From the NCBI GenBank assembly GCA_041191645.1, contig JBEEOK010000066.1:53232-117231 (forward strand): 64,000 bases of DNA, read 5' to 3'. Both the position numbers and the translations under genes were made by a program. This stretch comes from Actinomycetota bacterium (GTDB lineage: Bacteria; Actinomycetota; Actinomycetes; Actinomycetales; Microbacteriaceae). The notes below the pieces were generated by a model. It was given only the letters and a program-made list of their open reading frames with translations, was not told where the DNA came from and searched no databases. This document shows, in pieces, positions 18,764 to 30,274 of the stretch (the first letter of the stretch is position 1; every line of letters begins with the position of its first letter).

Positions 18764-19864
18764 ATGGGAAACAGCCCTCTAGCTCAGTTGGCCGCTAACG
18801 GTGTCAGCATCTGGCTTGACGACCTATCACGCTCACGCATCGTTTCAGGTGGTCTGCGCGATCTGATCACTAACCGCTCGGTTTCTGGTGTTACCACCAA
18901 CCCAACTATTTTTGCCGGTGCTTTGGCTAAGGGCGAGGGTTATCAGGCTCAGGTTGCTGAGCTTGCAGCCGCTGGTGCAACTGCTGAGCAGGCCATCTTC
19001 GAGATCACTACTAAAGACGTGTCTGATGCCTGTGACATTTTTGCTGGCGTTTACGCAGAGACAAACGGATTCGATGGCCGAGTTTCCATTGAGGTCGAGC
19101 CAGGTCTTGCTAACGACACTGACGGTACCGTAGCTCAGGCTAAAGAGTTGTTTGCCAAGGTAAACCGCGAGAACGTAATGATCAAGATTCCTGCAACCAA
19201 GCCAGGTCTTGCTGCGATTACCGCCGTTATTGCCGAGGGTATCAGCGTAAACGTGACCCTAATCTTCTCGCTTCAGCGCTACCGTGAGGTAATTGCTGCC
19301 TACATTGCAGGTGTAGAGCAAGCTAAAGCCAATGGCCACGACATCTCAAAGATTCACTCAGTGGCATCTTTCTTTGTTTCGCGCGTGGACACTGAAGTTG
19401 ACAACCGTTTGGTTGCCGCTGGTCACCCAGAGCTAAAGAGCAAGGCCGCTTTGGCTAACGCCCGTTTGGCTTACGAGGTATTCGAGCAGGAGTTTGCGAC
19501 CGAGGCTTGGTCTGCACTTGCCGCAGCCGGAGCAAACGTTCAGCGCCCGCTGATGGCCTCAACCGGAGTAAAGGACCCTGCGCTGCTTGACACTCTTTAC
19601 GTAACTGAACTAGTGGCTCCTCAGTTGGTTAACACCATGCCAGAGAAGACCATGGAGGCTGTCTACGATCACGGAGTAATCCCAGCTGCTTCAATCACTA
19701 ACAACTACGAATCTGCTCGCGAAGTATTGGCTGCGGTTGCAGCTGCTGGTGTTTCGCTTGATGACGCAACCCAGGTGCTAGAGACCGAAGGCGTTGACAA
19801 GTTCATCGTTTCTTGGAACGAACTAGTTGAGACCGTGGACAACGCACTTAAGGCAGCCAACTAA
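18764..19864 (+). CDS. tal: Transaldolase
   Basis: [37 protein letters not shown]. Confidence 0.96.
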   Translation: MGNSPLAQLAANGVSIWLDDLSRSRIVSGGLRDLITNRSVSGVTTNPTIFAGALAKGEGYQAQVAELAAAGATAEQAIFEITTKDVSDACDIFAGVYAETNGFDGRVSIEVEPGLANDTDGTVAQAKELFAKVNRENVMIKIPATKPGLAAITAVIAEGISVNVTLIFSLQRYREVIAAYIAGVEQAKANGHDISKIHSVASFFVSRVDTEVDNRLVAAGHPELKSKAALANARLAYEVFEQEFATEAWSALAAAGANVQRPLMASTGVKDPALLDTLYVTELVAPQLVNTMPEKTMEAVYDHGVIPAASITNNYESAREVLAAVAAAGVSLDDATQVLETEGVDKFIVSWNELVETVDNALKAAN

Positions 19865-21459
19865 TGTCACTAAAGGTAGTCGTAGCCGGAACCGCTGCAG
19901 CAGCCGTTGCCAACAACATTGATGCACTAGTTGCTGACAAGGTAGCAAGCCGCATTGCAGCCAAGGACTTCACTCTTTGGGGCAAAGACGCAGAGGCCGA
20001 ATCATCAATTCGGTTGGGTTGGGTTAACTCAGCTGCTGACTCTGCTCCACTAGTTGATTCAATCCTTGCCCTCAAGGCAGAGTTCAACGCCAAGGGTGTA
20101 GACCGCTTTGTGCTCTGTGGCATGGGTGGGTCTTCTTTGGCCCCTGAGGTTATTACCCGCACCGCGGGTGTTGACCTAGTGGTGTTGGACTCAACCAATG
20201 CCGACCAGGTTGGCGCTGCGCTTGCCGGTGATCTTAACCGCACCGCGATTATTGTGTCTTCGAAGTCTGGCTCAACCGTTGAAACTGACTCTCAGAAGCG
20301 CATTTTTGAGAAGGCATTTACTGACGCCGGTATCGACAAGACAGACCGCGTGGTTGTCGTCACAGACCCAGGTTCACCAATGGAAGCTGCCGCCAAGGCA
20401 GATGGCTACCGGGTGTTCAACGCTGACCCAACAGTGGGCGGCCGCTATTCTGCACTGACCGCTTTTGGACTAGTTCCTTCTGGTTTGGCCGGTGCCGACA
20501 TCTCGGCACTACTTGCCGAGGCAACTGCAGTCAGTGAGCTTTTGGCTAGTGATTCTGCCGAAAACCCAGGTTTGATTCTGGGTGCTGCTTTGGCTTGCAC
20601 TCCAGGTGAGATGGGCAACCGCGACAAGATCGGAATTGTTGCCGATGGCACCCAAATCGTAGGCTTTGGAGACTGGGCCGAGCAACTGATTGCTGAATCT
20701 ACCGGCAAGCTTGGCAAAGGTATTTTGCCTGTTGTTTTGACGCCAGAAAGCCAAGAACTTCACTCTGGTCTAGCCGACCTTGTTGCAGTTCACGTTCAGG
20801 CGGATGCTAAGCCAGTTTCAGGTGACACCGTCTCTGTTTCAGGTTCATTGGGTGCTCAGTTCCTGCTTTGGGAATACGCAACCGTTGTTGCCAGCCGACT
20901 AATTGGTATCAATCCGTTTGACCAGCCAGACGTGGAATCTGCCAAGGTTGCTGCACGCGGCATGCTTGAGCAGCGCGACGCAGTTATCCCGGCTTTGTTC
21001 ACTGACAACGGCGTTGACGTTCGTTCAACCGAGCTAAATGTGGCCGGCACCTCGGTGGCTGCGGCTATCGAGGCTCTATTGGCTCAACTTGACGATGACG
21101 AAGGCTACGTTTCGATTCACGCCTATCTAGACCGCACCTCGGTGGCCGAAGCCGAAGAGTTGCGTGACCTATTTGCCAATCAGACCCGCCGACCAGTCAC
21201 TTTTGGTTGGGCACCACGTTTCTTGCACTCAACCGGCCAGTACCACAAGGGTGGTCCGCGTCAGGGCGTCTACCTGCAGTTGGTTTCAGAAGCAGCACAG
21301 GACATTCAGGTTCCTGGCCGCGACTTTACCTTTGGTGAGCTAATCGCCTCGCAGGCTGCCGGAGATGCCAAGGTTCTAGGCCAACTTGGTCGCCCAGTGC
21401 TAACCCTAACTTTGGCTGATGCCAAGGCAGGCGTTGCATTGATCAAGTCAGTCCTCTAA
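19864..21459 (+). CDS. pgi: Glucose-6-phosphate isomerase (actinobacterial type)
   Basis: GMGGSSL, SKSGSTVET, GGRYSAL, EQLIAESTGK, NPFDQPDVESAK. Confidence 0.92.
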   Translation: MSLKVVVAGTAAAAVANNIDALVADKVASRIAAKDFTLWGKDAEAESSIRLGWVNSAADSAPLVDSILALKAEFNAKGVDRFVLCGMGGSSLAPEVITRTAGVDLVVLDSTNADQVGAALAGDLNRTAIIVSSKSGSTVETDSQKRIFEKAFTDAGIDKTDRVVVVTDPGSPMEAAAKADGYRVFNADPTVGGRYSALTAFGLVPSGLAGADISALLAEATAVSELLASDSAENPGLILGAALACTPGEMGNRDKIGIVADGTQIVGFGDWAEQLIAESTGKLGKGILPVVLTPESQELHSGLADLVAVHVQADAKPVSGDTVSVSGSLGAQFLLWEYATVVASRLIGINPFDQPDVESAKVAARGMLEQRDAVIPALFTDNGVDVRSTELNVAGTSVAAAIEALLAQLDDDEGYVSIHAYLDRTSVAEAEELRDLFANQTRRPVTFGWAPRFLHSTGQYHKGGPRQGVYLQLVSEAAQDIQVPGRDFTFGELIASQAAGDAKVLGQLGRPVLTLTLADAKAGVALIKSVL

Positions 21460-21473
21460 GGAGAAATTGCTTC

Positions 21474-23009
21474 ATGACCAAGCTTTCAGCTGGACACAAC
21501 CCGCTACGCGATCCGAGTGATCGCCGTCTAAACCGGATTGCTGGGCCTAGCAGCCTTGTGATATTTGGTGTAACCGGTGACCTTTCTCGAAAGAAACTTA
21601 TGCCGGCGGTCTACGACCTTGCCAACCGTGGTTTGTTGCCACCGGGCTTTGCTCTGGTTGGTTTTGCGCGCCGCGACTGGGAGAACCAGGACTTTGAAAA
21701 GGTAGTCAAGGAGTCGGTGAAGCAATTTGCTCGTACCCCTTGGTCAGAAGATGTCTGGAACCAACTGGCTACCGGTATTCGCTTTGTTTCTGGTGAGTTT
21801 GACGATGATGCAGCCTTTGACCGCCTCAAGGAAACCATCGAAGAGCTAGACGCCAAGACTGGAACCAACGGAAACCACGCGTTCTATCTGTCGATTCCAC
21901 CGAAGGCTTTTGCTCAGGTTTCGCAGCAGCTTAAGCGCAGTGGCCTGGCTGATCCAAAGCCAGACCAGTTCCGCCGCGTGGTAATTGAGAAGCCATTCGG
22001 TCACAACCTTGAGTCTTCTCGAGAGCTCAACGACGTAGTAGAGACTGTGTTCCCGCCGGATGCCGTGTTCCGTATCGACCACTACCTTGGCAAAGAAACA
22101 GTTCAGAACATTTTGGCGTTGCGTTTTGCTAACCAAATGTTCGAGCCGCTTTGGAACGCTAACTACATTGACCACGTTCAGATCACCATGGCTGAAGACA
22201 TTGGTGTTGGTGGACGAGCCGGTTACTACGACGGCATTGGTGCAGCCCGTGACGTAATTCAGAACCACTTGCTGCAGCTTTTGGCCCTAACTGCCATGGA
22301 AGAGCCAGTTTCTTTTGACGCTGCCGATTTGCGCGCTGAAAAAGAGAAGGTTTTGTCAGCTGTTCGACTTCCTGCAGACCTTGGTCTTCACACCGCCCGC
22401 GGTCAGTATTCTGGCGGCTGGCAGGGTGGCGAGAAAGTGACCGGTTTCTTAGAAGAAGACGGCATGAACCCTGAGTCTGTCTCTGAAACCTATGCCGCAA
22501 TGAGACTTGACATTAACACTCGTCGTTGGGCGGGTGTGCCGTTTTACCTTCGAGCTGGAAAGCGCCTAGGTCGCCGAGTTACTGAGATCGCAGTGGTATT
22601 CAAGCGCGCACCGCAGCAACTATTTGCTGCCAGCCAGACCAGCGCCCTTGGCCAGAACGCCCTAGTCATTCGTGTGCAGCCTGACGAAGGCGTAACCATG
22701 CGTTTTGGCTCTAAGGTGCCGGGTGTGGGTATGCAAGTTCGCGATGTCACCATGGACTTTGGTTATGGTCACGCCTTTACCGAGGCCAGCCCAGAGGCCT
22801 ACGAGCGACTAATTCTTGACGTACTTTTGGGTGACCCTCCCCTATTCCCACGCCACGAAGAGGTTGAACTCTCGTGGAAGATTCTTGACCCAATTGAGGA
22901 ATACTGGGCAACTCAAGGCCAGCCAGAACAGTACCGCCCTGGTACCTGGGGCCCATCATCTGCCGACGAAATGCTTGCCCGAGACGGGCGCGAGTGGAGA
23001 ATTCCGTGA
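21474..23009 (+). CDS. zwf: Glucose-6-phosphate 1-dehydrogenase
   Basis: FGVTGDL, EKPFG, RIDHYLGKE. Confidence 0.97.
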   Translation: MTKLSAGHNPLRDPSDRRLNRIAGPSSLVIFGVTGDLSRKKLMPAVYDLANRGLLPPGFALVGFARRDWENQDFEKVVKESVKQFARTPWSEDVWNQLATGIRFVSGEFDDDAAFDRLKETIEELDAKTGTNGNHAFYLSIPPKAFAQVSQQLKRSGLADPKPDQFRRVVIEKPFGHNLESSRELNDVVETVFPPDAVFRIDHYLGKETVQNILALRFANQMFEPLWNANYIDHVQITMAEDIGVGGRAGYYDGIGAARDVIQNHLLQLLALTAMEEPVSFDAADLRAEKEKVLSAVRLPADLGLHTARGQYSGGWQGGEKVTGFLEEDGMNPESVSETYAAMRLDINTRRWAGVPFYLRAGKRLGRRVTEIAVVFKRAPQQLFAASQTSALGQNALVIRVQPDEGVTMRFGSKVPGVGMQVRDVTMDFGYGHAFTEASPEAYERLILDVLLGDPPLFPRHEEVELSWKILDPIEEYWATQGQPEQYRPGTWGPSSADEMLARDGREWRIP

Positions 23010-23962
23010 TCATTGATCTTCCAAACACAACCATCAGCAAGGTTTCAAAGCAGATCATTCAGATTCGCGAACAGGGCGGCGTAGTTGCCCTTGGCCGAGT
23101 TCTGACTCTGGTCATTGAAACGGACTTTGCCGGTATCGAGCCAGCTATCAAAGCTGCGAATGATGCCTCACGTGAGCACCCTTGTAGAATCATTGTGCTA
23201 GCTGACGACAACTCAGCTAGCCCACAAGATGCCAAGCTAGATGCTCAGATTCGTGTTGGCGGCGACGCCGGTGCGTCTGAGGTCATTGTCTTGCGCGCCT
23301 TTGGAGAGGCTGCCAGTGACCCTGAGAGCCTAGTTACGGGGCTGTTGTTGCCAGATGCCCCAGTTGTTGCCTGGTGGCCAGACGAGGCACCAGCCAAGGC
23401 TGCGGACTCAGCAATTGGCCGCATTGCCACCCGCCGCATCACCGATGCTGCCAGCCAGGCCGACCCACACGCCTACCTTCAGCAGCTAGCTAAGTCATAC
23501 ACCCCAGGTGACAGCGACTTTGCCTGGACTCGATTGACCCCTTGGCGTGAGCAGTTGGCAACGATTTTGGATCAGCCACCTTATGACGAGGTCCTTTCAG
23601 TCGAAGTGACTGGCCCAGTGGACTCGCCAAGTGTTGACCTTTTGGCAGCCTGGCTGCAGATTCAGCTGGAGGTTGAAGTCAAGCTGGTTCGTACCCCTGC
23701 TGACAACCAGCAGCACGGGCTGGTTGGTGTGCGACTAACCCGAGAGTCAGGCGACATTGAGATTGTTCGTCACGAACCTGGTGTAGCCACCTTGGTGCAG
23801 CCTTCGCAGCCAACTCGCAACATCTCTCTACCTCGCCGTAGCCTTCGCGATTGCCTAATGGAAGACCTGCGCCGACTAGACCCGGACGACATTTTTGGCA
23901 AGGTAGTTACTACCTGCTTTAGCGGCCCGGTGGCCAAGCCATCAGTCACCGTAGCAAACTAA
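23006..23962 (+). CDS. opcA: G6PDH assembly protein OpcA
   Basis: GRVLTLV, SREHPCR, LLLPDAPVVAWWP, D.AWTRLT.WR; GTGA overlap with zwf. Confidence 0.92.
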   Translation: MIIDLPNTTISKVSKQIIQIREQGGVVALGRVLTLVIETDFAGIEPAIKAANDASREHPCRIIVLADDNSASPQDAKLDAQIRVGGDAGASEVIVLRAFGEAASDPESLVTGLLLPDAPVVAWWPDEAPAKAADSAIGRIATRRITDAASQADPHAYLQQLAKSYTPGDSDFAWTRLTPWREQLATILDQPPYDEVLSVEVTGPVDSPSVDLLAAWLQIQLEVEVKLVRTPADNQQHGLVGVRLTRESGDIEIVRHEPGVATLVQPSQPTRNISLPRRSLRDCLMEDLRRLDPDDIFGKVVTTCFSGPVAKPSVTVAN

Positions 23963-23970
23963 GGTTCGGC

Positions 23971-24699
23971 ATGACAATTAGACCTTTTGTGCAGCGGTTT
24001 CCGACTGCAGATTCTGTTGCGCGAAATGCTGCGACTGACCTTCTGGCCCGACTCACCGAGCTTTTGGCAGTAAAACCAGAGGTGCACATCATGCTGACCG
24101 GTGGCACCGTAGGAATTGCTACTCTGGCAGCCCTTGGAAACCACGAAGACAAAGCCTCTGTTGATTTCACCAAGGTTCACTTTTGGTGGGGCGACGAGCG
24201 CTTTGTTGCCTCTGACAGCGATGACCGCAATTCTCTTCAAGCGCGCAAGGCCCTGCTAAACAAGATCGAAATTGACGAAACCAAGGTTCACGAGTTTCCG
24301 TCCTCTGACAACGCTTTGCAGCTTGACGATGCCTGTGATCAGTTTGCCAAGATTGTTGATGAACTGAAGCCGCAGTTTGACGTGGTCTTTTTAGGCATCG
24401 GCCCAGATGGGCACATTGCCAGCCTGTTTCCTGGCAAGCCTCTTCCGGCCGAAGGTATTCAGGTAATTGCTGAATCCGATTCACCAAAGCCACCACCGCA
24501 GCGCCTTAGTTTTACCTACGAGGCGTTGAACTCTGCCAATGAGATTTGGTTTGTTGTATCCGGCGCAGATAAGCAAGATGCCGTTGCTGTTGCCTTTGGC
24601 GATGAACCAGAATCTTTGCCGGTTGGTCGAGTTCGCGGAATCACTGGCACTCGTTGGTATCTAGACACCACCGCTGGAACCAAGGTTTTTGGCTGCTAG
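23971..24699 (+). CDS. pgl: 6-phosphogluconolactonase
   Basis: LTGG, WGDERFV, GIGPDGHIASLFP, SPKPPP.R. Confidence 0.95.
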   Translation: MTIRPFVQRFPTADSVARNAATDLLARLTELLAVKPEVHIMLTGGTVGIATLAALGNHEDKASVDFTKVHFWWGDERFVASDSDDRNSLQARKALLNKIEIDETKVHEFPSSDNALQLDDACDQFAKIVDELKPQFDVVFLGIGPDGHIASLFPGKPLPAEGIQVIAESDSPKPPPQRLSFTYEALNSANEIWFVVSGADKQDAVAVAFGDEPESLPVGRVRGITGTRWYLDTTAGTKVFGC

Positions 24700-24711
24700 A
24701 AGCCTCCATAT

Positions 24712-24743
24712 AAAAAATGGACCCTGAGTAGGGTCCATTTTTT
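24712..24743. terminator. Bidirectional intrinsic terminator
   Basis: AAAAAATGGACCCT-GAGT-AGGGTCCATTTTTT between convergent genes. Confidence 0.85.
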
Positions 24744-25121
24744 TTACTTCTTTGACTCTTCTTCGGCTAGTCTCTGTCTACGCTCGCGAACAGAATTTAC
24801 CGCGGCTGCTAGAAGCTCTTCAGCTTCGGCCTCAGTGCGACGCTCTTTTACATATGCCAAGTGGGTGCGGTAAGGCTCGACCTTGGCTAGGTGTGGCGGG
24901 TGGGCCTTGTCGTGGCCTGCAGGCAAACCACATTTTGGGCAGTCGATCTGCTGAGGAATGTCTTCTAGCGCAATCGTTGCTATGTAGTTGGCGTTGTACT
25001 CGTGATCGTTGGCACAGTAGAAACTCACTGTGATGCGGTGCACTTGATGCCCGCGCTCAACCTCACCCATTGGGCCTGACCCAACGCGTGATCCCCTGAT
25101 TGATGATCCCCCGTTAGACAT
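24744..25121 (-). CDS. RNA polymerase-binding protein, RbpA family (secG-linked paralogue)
   Basis: IRGSRVG.GP, C-x3-H...CxxC, RTHLAYVKERR. Confidence 0.8.
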   Translation of the reverse strand: MSNGGSSIRGSRVGSGPMGEVERGHQVHRITVSFYCANDHEYNANYIATIALEDIPQQIDCPKCGLPAGHDKAHPPHLAKVEPYRTHLAYVKERRTEAEAEELLAAAVNSVRERRQRLAEEESKK

Positions 25122-25130
25122 TTTGCTTAG

Positions 25131-25382
25131 TTAGGCGACGAGGTTGAAGCGGGTAAATAGGCCAAGAGTGATGATTACAACAACCCAGACCACACCAAGA
25201 ATGATGGTGATGCGGTTAAGGTTTCGTTCTGCAACACCAGAAGAGTTCATGCTGCTGGTCACGCCGCCACCGAACATGTCTGACAATCCGCCACCGCGGC
25301 CCTTGTGAAGCAAGATCATTAGGGTCAGCAAAAGGCTGGTGATGGCTAGAAGCACCTGAAGTGCAATCTGAAGCGCGAGCAT
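25131..25382 (-). CDS. secG: Preprotein translocase SecG
   Basis: ILLHKGRGGGLSDMFGGG...AERNLNR.T. Confidence 0.95.
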   Translation of the reverse strand: MLALQIALQVLLAITSLLLTLMILLHKGRGGGLSDMFGGGVTSSMNSSGVAERNLNRITIILGVVWVVVIITLGLFTRFNLVA

Positions 25383-25413
25383 TGGAATCCTTTGGTTTGA
25401 GTACTTTTAGAAA

Positions 25414-26199
25414 TTATAGAGCGATGTGCTTCTGGAAACGAGCAATACCGCTGAACTCTTCGGCATCTAGGCTGGCGCCACCGACAAGTACACCGTCAAC
25501 TTCGGTGCTGCGCAGGAAGCCGGCAACGTTGGCAGCCTTAACTGAGCCACCGTAAAGAATGCGAGTGGCTGCTGCCAGTTCTGCACCAAATTCGGCTGCA
25601 ATTGCCTCGCGAATCTTGCCACAAACTGCTGCAGCCTCCTCAGCTGTAGCCACCTTTCCGGTACCGATAGCCCAAACCGGCTCGTACGCAATTACGAATT
25701 CGCCAAGCTTGTCGTGACCCGCAAGTGCTGCAAGAGTCTGGCGTACCGGAACAGCGCTCTGCCCTTCGGCCTCGAGTTCCTCAAGGGTTTCTCCAACGCA
25801 GATAACCGGGATGATGCCGTGGCGGAAAGCGGCAGCAGTCTTTGCGTGAACGACTTCATCGTTCTCGGCGTGGTACTGGCGTCGTTCACTGTGGCCAATT
25901 AAAACGTACTTCACGTCGAGCTTGCTCAGGAAGGCGCCTGAGATCTCGCCGGTGTAGGCGCCAGAGTCAAACTTTGACAGGTCTTGTGCGCCAAGGCCAA
26001 GTTCCATCTTCTCAGCATCCATCAGCGTCTGAACGCTGCGAATGTCGGTGAATGGAGGAAACACCACTACCTCTGCTGACTTGTAGTCGTGTGCGGCGTC
26101 GTTCAGCGTCCAAGAAAGTTTCTGCACCAGAGCAATAGCCTGCTGGTGGTCCAGGTTCATTTTCCAGTTTCCAGCAATAAGCGGTACGCGGTTAGCCAT
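25414..26199 (-). CDS. tpiA: Triosephosphate isomerase
   Basis: AGNWKMN, GHSERR, AYEPVWAIGTG. Confidence 0.98.
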   Translation of the reverse strand: MANRVPLIAGNWKMNLDHQQAIALVQKLSWTLNDAAHDYKSAEVVVFPPFTDIRSVQTLMDAEKMELGLGAQDLSKFDSGAYTGEISGAFLSKLDVKYVLIGHSERRQYHAENDEVVHAKTAAAFRHGIIPVICVGETLEELEAEGQSAVPVRQTLAALAGHDKLGEFVIAYEPVWAIGTGKVATAEEAAAVCGKIREAIAAEFGAELAAATRILYGGSVKAANVAGFLRSTEVDGVLVGGASLDAEEFSGIARFQKHIAL

Positions 26200-26226
26200 A
26201 ATTTTCTCCAGTGATTGTTTGAAAGA

Positions 26227-27429
26227 TTAGTTAAGAACGTCTAGACCAGGAAGCTCTTTGCCCTCAAGGAACTCAAGGCTAGCGCCACCACCGGTTGAAA
26301 TGTGGCCGAACTGGTCGTCGTTGAATCCAAGAATGCGAACGGCAGCAGCAGAGTCCCCTCCACCGACCACGCTCAGACCCTGAACCTCGGTGAGTGCCTT
26401 AGCAACCGCACGGGTTCCCCCAGCAAACTTGTCAATCTCGAATACGCCCATTGGGCCGTTCCAAAAGACAGTCTTTGATGCCGAGATCTCAGCAGCAAAG
26501 AGGGCCGCTGAATCTGGGCCAATGTCTAGACCCAGGCCGGAGGCGCCGAACGGTGAAGACTCAATGTCATTAGCTGCGCTAACGGCGACCTCGGCGTCGG
26601 CACCAAACTTAGATGCCACCACGATGTCGGTTGGAAGAACAACTTCGACACCTAGCTCGGCGGCACGCCTTAGGTACTCTTTGCAGGTGTCAATCTGGTT
26701 TTCTTCAAGAAGGCTTGAGCCTACTTTGTAACCCTGGGCTGCCAAGAAGGTGAAGACCATTCCACCACCAACAAGAAGTTTGTTTACGGTAGGCAAAAGG
26801 TGGTCAATTACACCCAGCTTGTCTGAAACTTTTGAACCACCAAGAACCACAGTGTAAGGGCGCTCTGGGGTGGCGGTTAGACGAGTTAGAACGTCGAGTT
26901 CTTTCTCAATTAGGTGGCCAGCAGCGCTTGGTAGTGCCTTGGCCAATTCATACACCGATGCCTGCTTGCGGTGAACCACACCAAAGCCATCGCTGATGAA
27001 GAAGTCGCCGAATTCGGCAAGTTTTGCAGCAAATGCCTCGCGCTCGGCTGAGTCTTTGCTGGTTTCTGCTGCGTTGAAGCGAAGGTTCTCAAGAACCACT
27101 ACTCCCCCGCGGGCCAGAGCCTTTACGGCACCCTTGGCCTCGCTTCCGACAGTGTCAGAAGCAAAGAAGACTGGTTGTCCAAGTAGCTCACCCAAGCGCT
27201 TTGCAGCTGGCTCGAGTGAGTACTTGGCGTCAGGCGCACCCTCTGGGCGGCCAAGGTGTGAAATGACCACTACCTTGGCGCCCTGATCGACCAGGTACTT
27301 GATGGTTGGAACTGAGGCAACGATGCGACCGTCATCAGTGATGCGGGTTCCATCTAGTGGAACGTTCAAGTCGCAGCGGATTACTACCCGCTTTCCGTCA
27401 AGATTTGGCAGGTCGGAGAGTTTACGCAT
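26227..27429 (-). CDS. pgk: Phosphoglycerate kinase
   Basis: [35 protein letters not shown]. Confidence 0.98.
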   Translation of the reverse strand: MRKLSDLPNLDGKRVVIRCDLNVPLDGTRITDDGRIVASVPTIKYLVDQGAKVVVISHLGRPEGAPDAKYSLEPAAKRLGELLGQPVFFASDTVGSEAKGAVKALARGGVVVLENLRFNAAETSKDSAEREAFAAKLAEFGDFFISDGFGVVHRKQASVYELAKALPSAAGHLIEKELDVLTRLTATPERPYTVVLGGSKVSDKLGVIDHLLPTVNKLLVGGGMVFTFLAAQGYKVGSSLLEENQIDTCKEYLRRAAELGVEVVLPTDIVVASKFGADAEVAVSAANDIESSPFGASGLGLDIGPDSAALFAAEISASKTVFWNGPMGVFEIDKFAGGTRAVAKALTEVQGLSVVGGGDSAAAVRILGFNDDQFGHISTGGGASLEFLEGKELPGLDVLN

Positions 27430-27480
27430 TTTGATCTTTCACGGCCTAAAACTGCTAGGCCACAGTTTTGTTTTTAGGGT

Positions 27481-28506
<1,026 letters not shown>

Positions 28507-28587
28507 TTAGGCGCCAAGAATTGACGCGTGTTTTGATTGATTTTTTGGGAGCTAGTTGCCACGCGTCATTGGGTGGAAAAACTTCTA

Positions 28588-29211
28588 TCAGAATAGCAGT
28601 AGACCGCTTGTTTTGGTGCGTGCTGCTTCGAAACGTGCCTGAATGTCGGCCCAGTTGATGATGTTCCAGAAAGCCTTTACATAGTCACCCTTGACGTTCT
28701 GGTAGTCAAGGTAGAAAGCGTGCTCCCACATGTCCAGCATCAATAGTGGAACGGTGGTAGGAACCACGTTGCCCTGCTGGTCGTAAAGCTGCTCAATAAT
28801 CAGGCGCTGGCCGACTAGATCCCAGGCCAAGAATGACCAGCCTGAGCCCTGGATGCCCATGGCAGATGCGTTGAAGTGCGCCTGGAATGCCTCGAACGAG
28901 CCAAAGAACTCATCGATAGCCGCAGCCAACTCGCCCTCTGGGCGGTCAGTGTTTGCTGCAGTTAGGTTCTTCCAGAAGATTGAGTGGTTAATGTGGCCAC
29001 CAAGGTGAAATGCCAGGTCCTTCTGAAGCTTGTTTACCCAGGTGAAGTCGTTTTTCGCTCGAGCCTCTTCTAGAAGTTCAAGAGTCGCGTTGGCACCGGC
29101 AACATACGCTGCGTGGTGCTTTGAGTGGTGCAGTTCCATGATGCGTGCCGAGATGCTTGGCTCAAGAGCGGCGTAGTCGTAGGTAAGTTCCGGCAATACA
29201 TACTTGGTCAT
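28588..29211 (-). CDS. sodA: Mn/Fe superoxide dismutase
   Basis: HHSKHH, GGHINHSIFW, QGSGW, DMWEHAFY. Confidence 0.96.
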   Translation of the reverse strand: MTKYVLPELTYDYAALEPSISARIMELHHSKHHAAYVAGANATLELLEEARAKNDFTWVNKLQKDLAFHLGGHINHSIFWKNLTAANTDRPEGELAAAIDEFFGSFEAFQAHFNASAMGIQGSGWSFLAWDLVGQRLIIEQLYDQQGNVVPTTVPLLMLDMWEHAFYLDYQNVKGDYVKAFWNIINWADIQARFEAARTKTSGLLLF

Positions 29212-29294
29212 TTGATTCTCCTAGTTGGGTTGGTAAAAATCCTAGCCAAAATTACTTCGGGGTTATTCCGAGATAATTGGCAATTTGTGGTGGT

Positions 29295-30272
29295 TTATTC
29301 GTCTAAATCGTCTGGCAGAAAGGCATCTGTGGCTGGAATGCCAAGGTCTTCTGCTCGCTTGTCGGCCATGGCAAGCAGGCGGCGGATGCGACCGGCAATG
29401 GCATCTTTGGTCATGGCTGGGTCAGCCAGATGGCCAAGCTCATCGAGGCTTGCCTGCTTGTGCTTTAGGCGCAACTCGCCAGCATACCTAAGGTGTTCGG
29501 GAATGTCCTCGCCCAAGATCTCGAGTGCCCGCTCAACTCGCGCCCCCGCCGCAACAGCGGCCTGTGCCGAACGCCTTAGGTTGGCGTCGTCAAAGTTTGC
29601 TAGACGGTTGGCTGTCGCGCGCACTTCACGACGCAAACGCATTTCTTCCCAGCGCAAAACCTGTGTGTGCGCCCCCATTTGGGTGAGCATGGTGGCGATT
29701 GCCTCGCCCTCGCGCACAGTGACCCGGTAAACACCGCGAACTTCGCGTGCCTTGGCTGTTACTCCTAGTCGTCGAGCTACACCAACAAGCGCCATGGCGG
29801 CTTCGTTGCCCGGTGCCGTGATCTCTAGCGCCGCTGACCGCCCAGGGTCGGTAAGTGAACCATGGGCAAGAAATGCACCGCGCCAAACCGCTTGAGCCTC
29901 TTGAATTGATCCTGATACTAGGTTGGCTGGCAAACCGCGAACCGGGCGCCCACGTTGGTCTAGCAAACCGGTTTGGCGAGCTAGGACATCGCCCTGCTGA
30001 AGAACACGAATCTGGTATCTGCTGCTGCGGCGAATTCCGGAAGGTGAGATTACAGCCATCTCACTGTCAATTCCGAACAGGTCGGTCAAGTCTTTTCTAA
30101 CTCGTCTGGCAATCTGGGCAGTGTCCAGCTCAACCTCGACTGCAACGCGTCCAGAAATCAGGTGGAGACCTCCTGAGAATCTTAGGATCGTCGACAACTC
30201 AGCGACTCGCACAGCATTCTTGTTAACCTCGAGGCGCGCGAGCTCATCTTTGAGGTCTGCGGTTAGAGCCAT
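29295..30272 (-). CDS. whiA: DNA-binding protein WhiA
   Basis: [39 protein letters not shown]; start moved to ATG 30272. Confidence 0.95.
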   Translation of the reverse strand: MALTADLKDELARLEVNKNAVRVAELSTILRFSGGLHLISGRVAVEVELDTAQIARRVRKDLTDLFGIDSEMAVISPSGIRRSSRYQIRVLQQGDVLARQTGLLDQRGRPVRGLPANLVSGSIQEAQAVWRGAFLAHGSLTDPGRSAALEITAPGNEAAMALVGVARRLGVTAKAREVRGVYRVTVREGEAIATMLTQMGAHTQVLRWEEMRLRREVRATANRLANFDDANLRRSAQAAVAAGARVERALEILGEDIPEHLRYAGELRLKHKQASLDELGHLADPAMTKDAIAGRIRRLLAMADKRAEDLGIPATDAFLPDDLDE

Positions 30273-30274
30273 GT

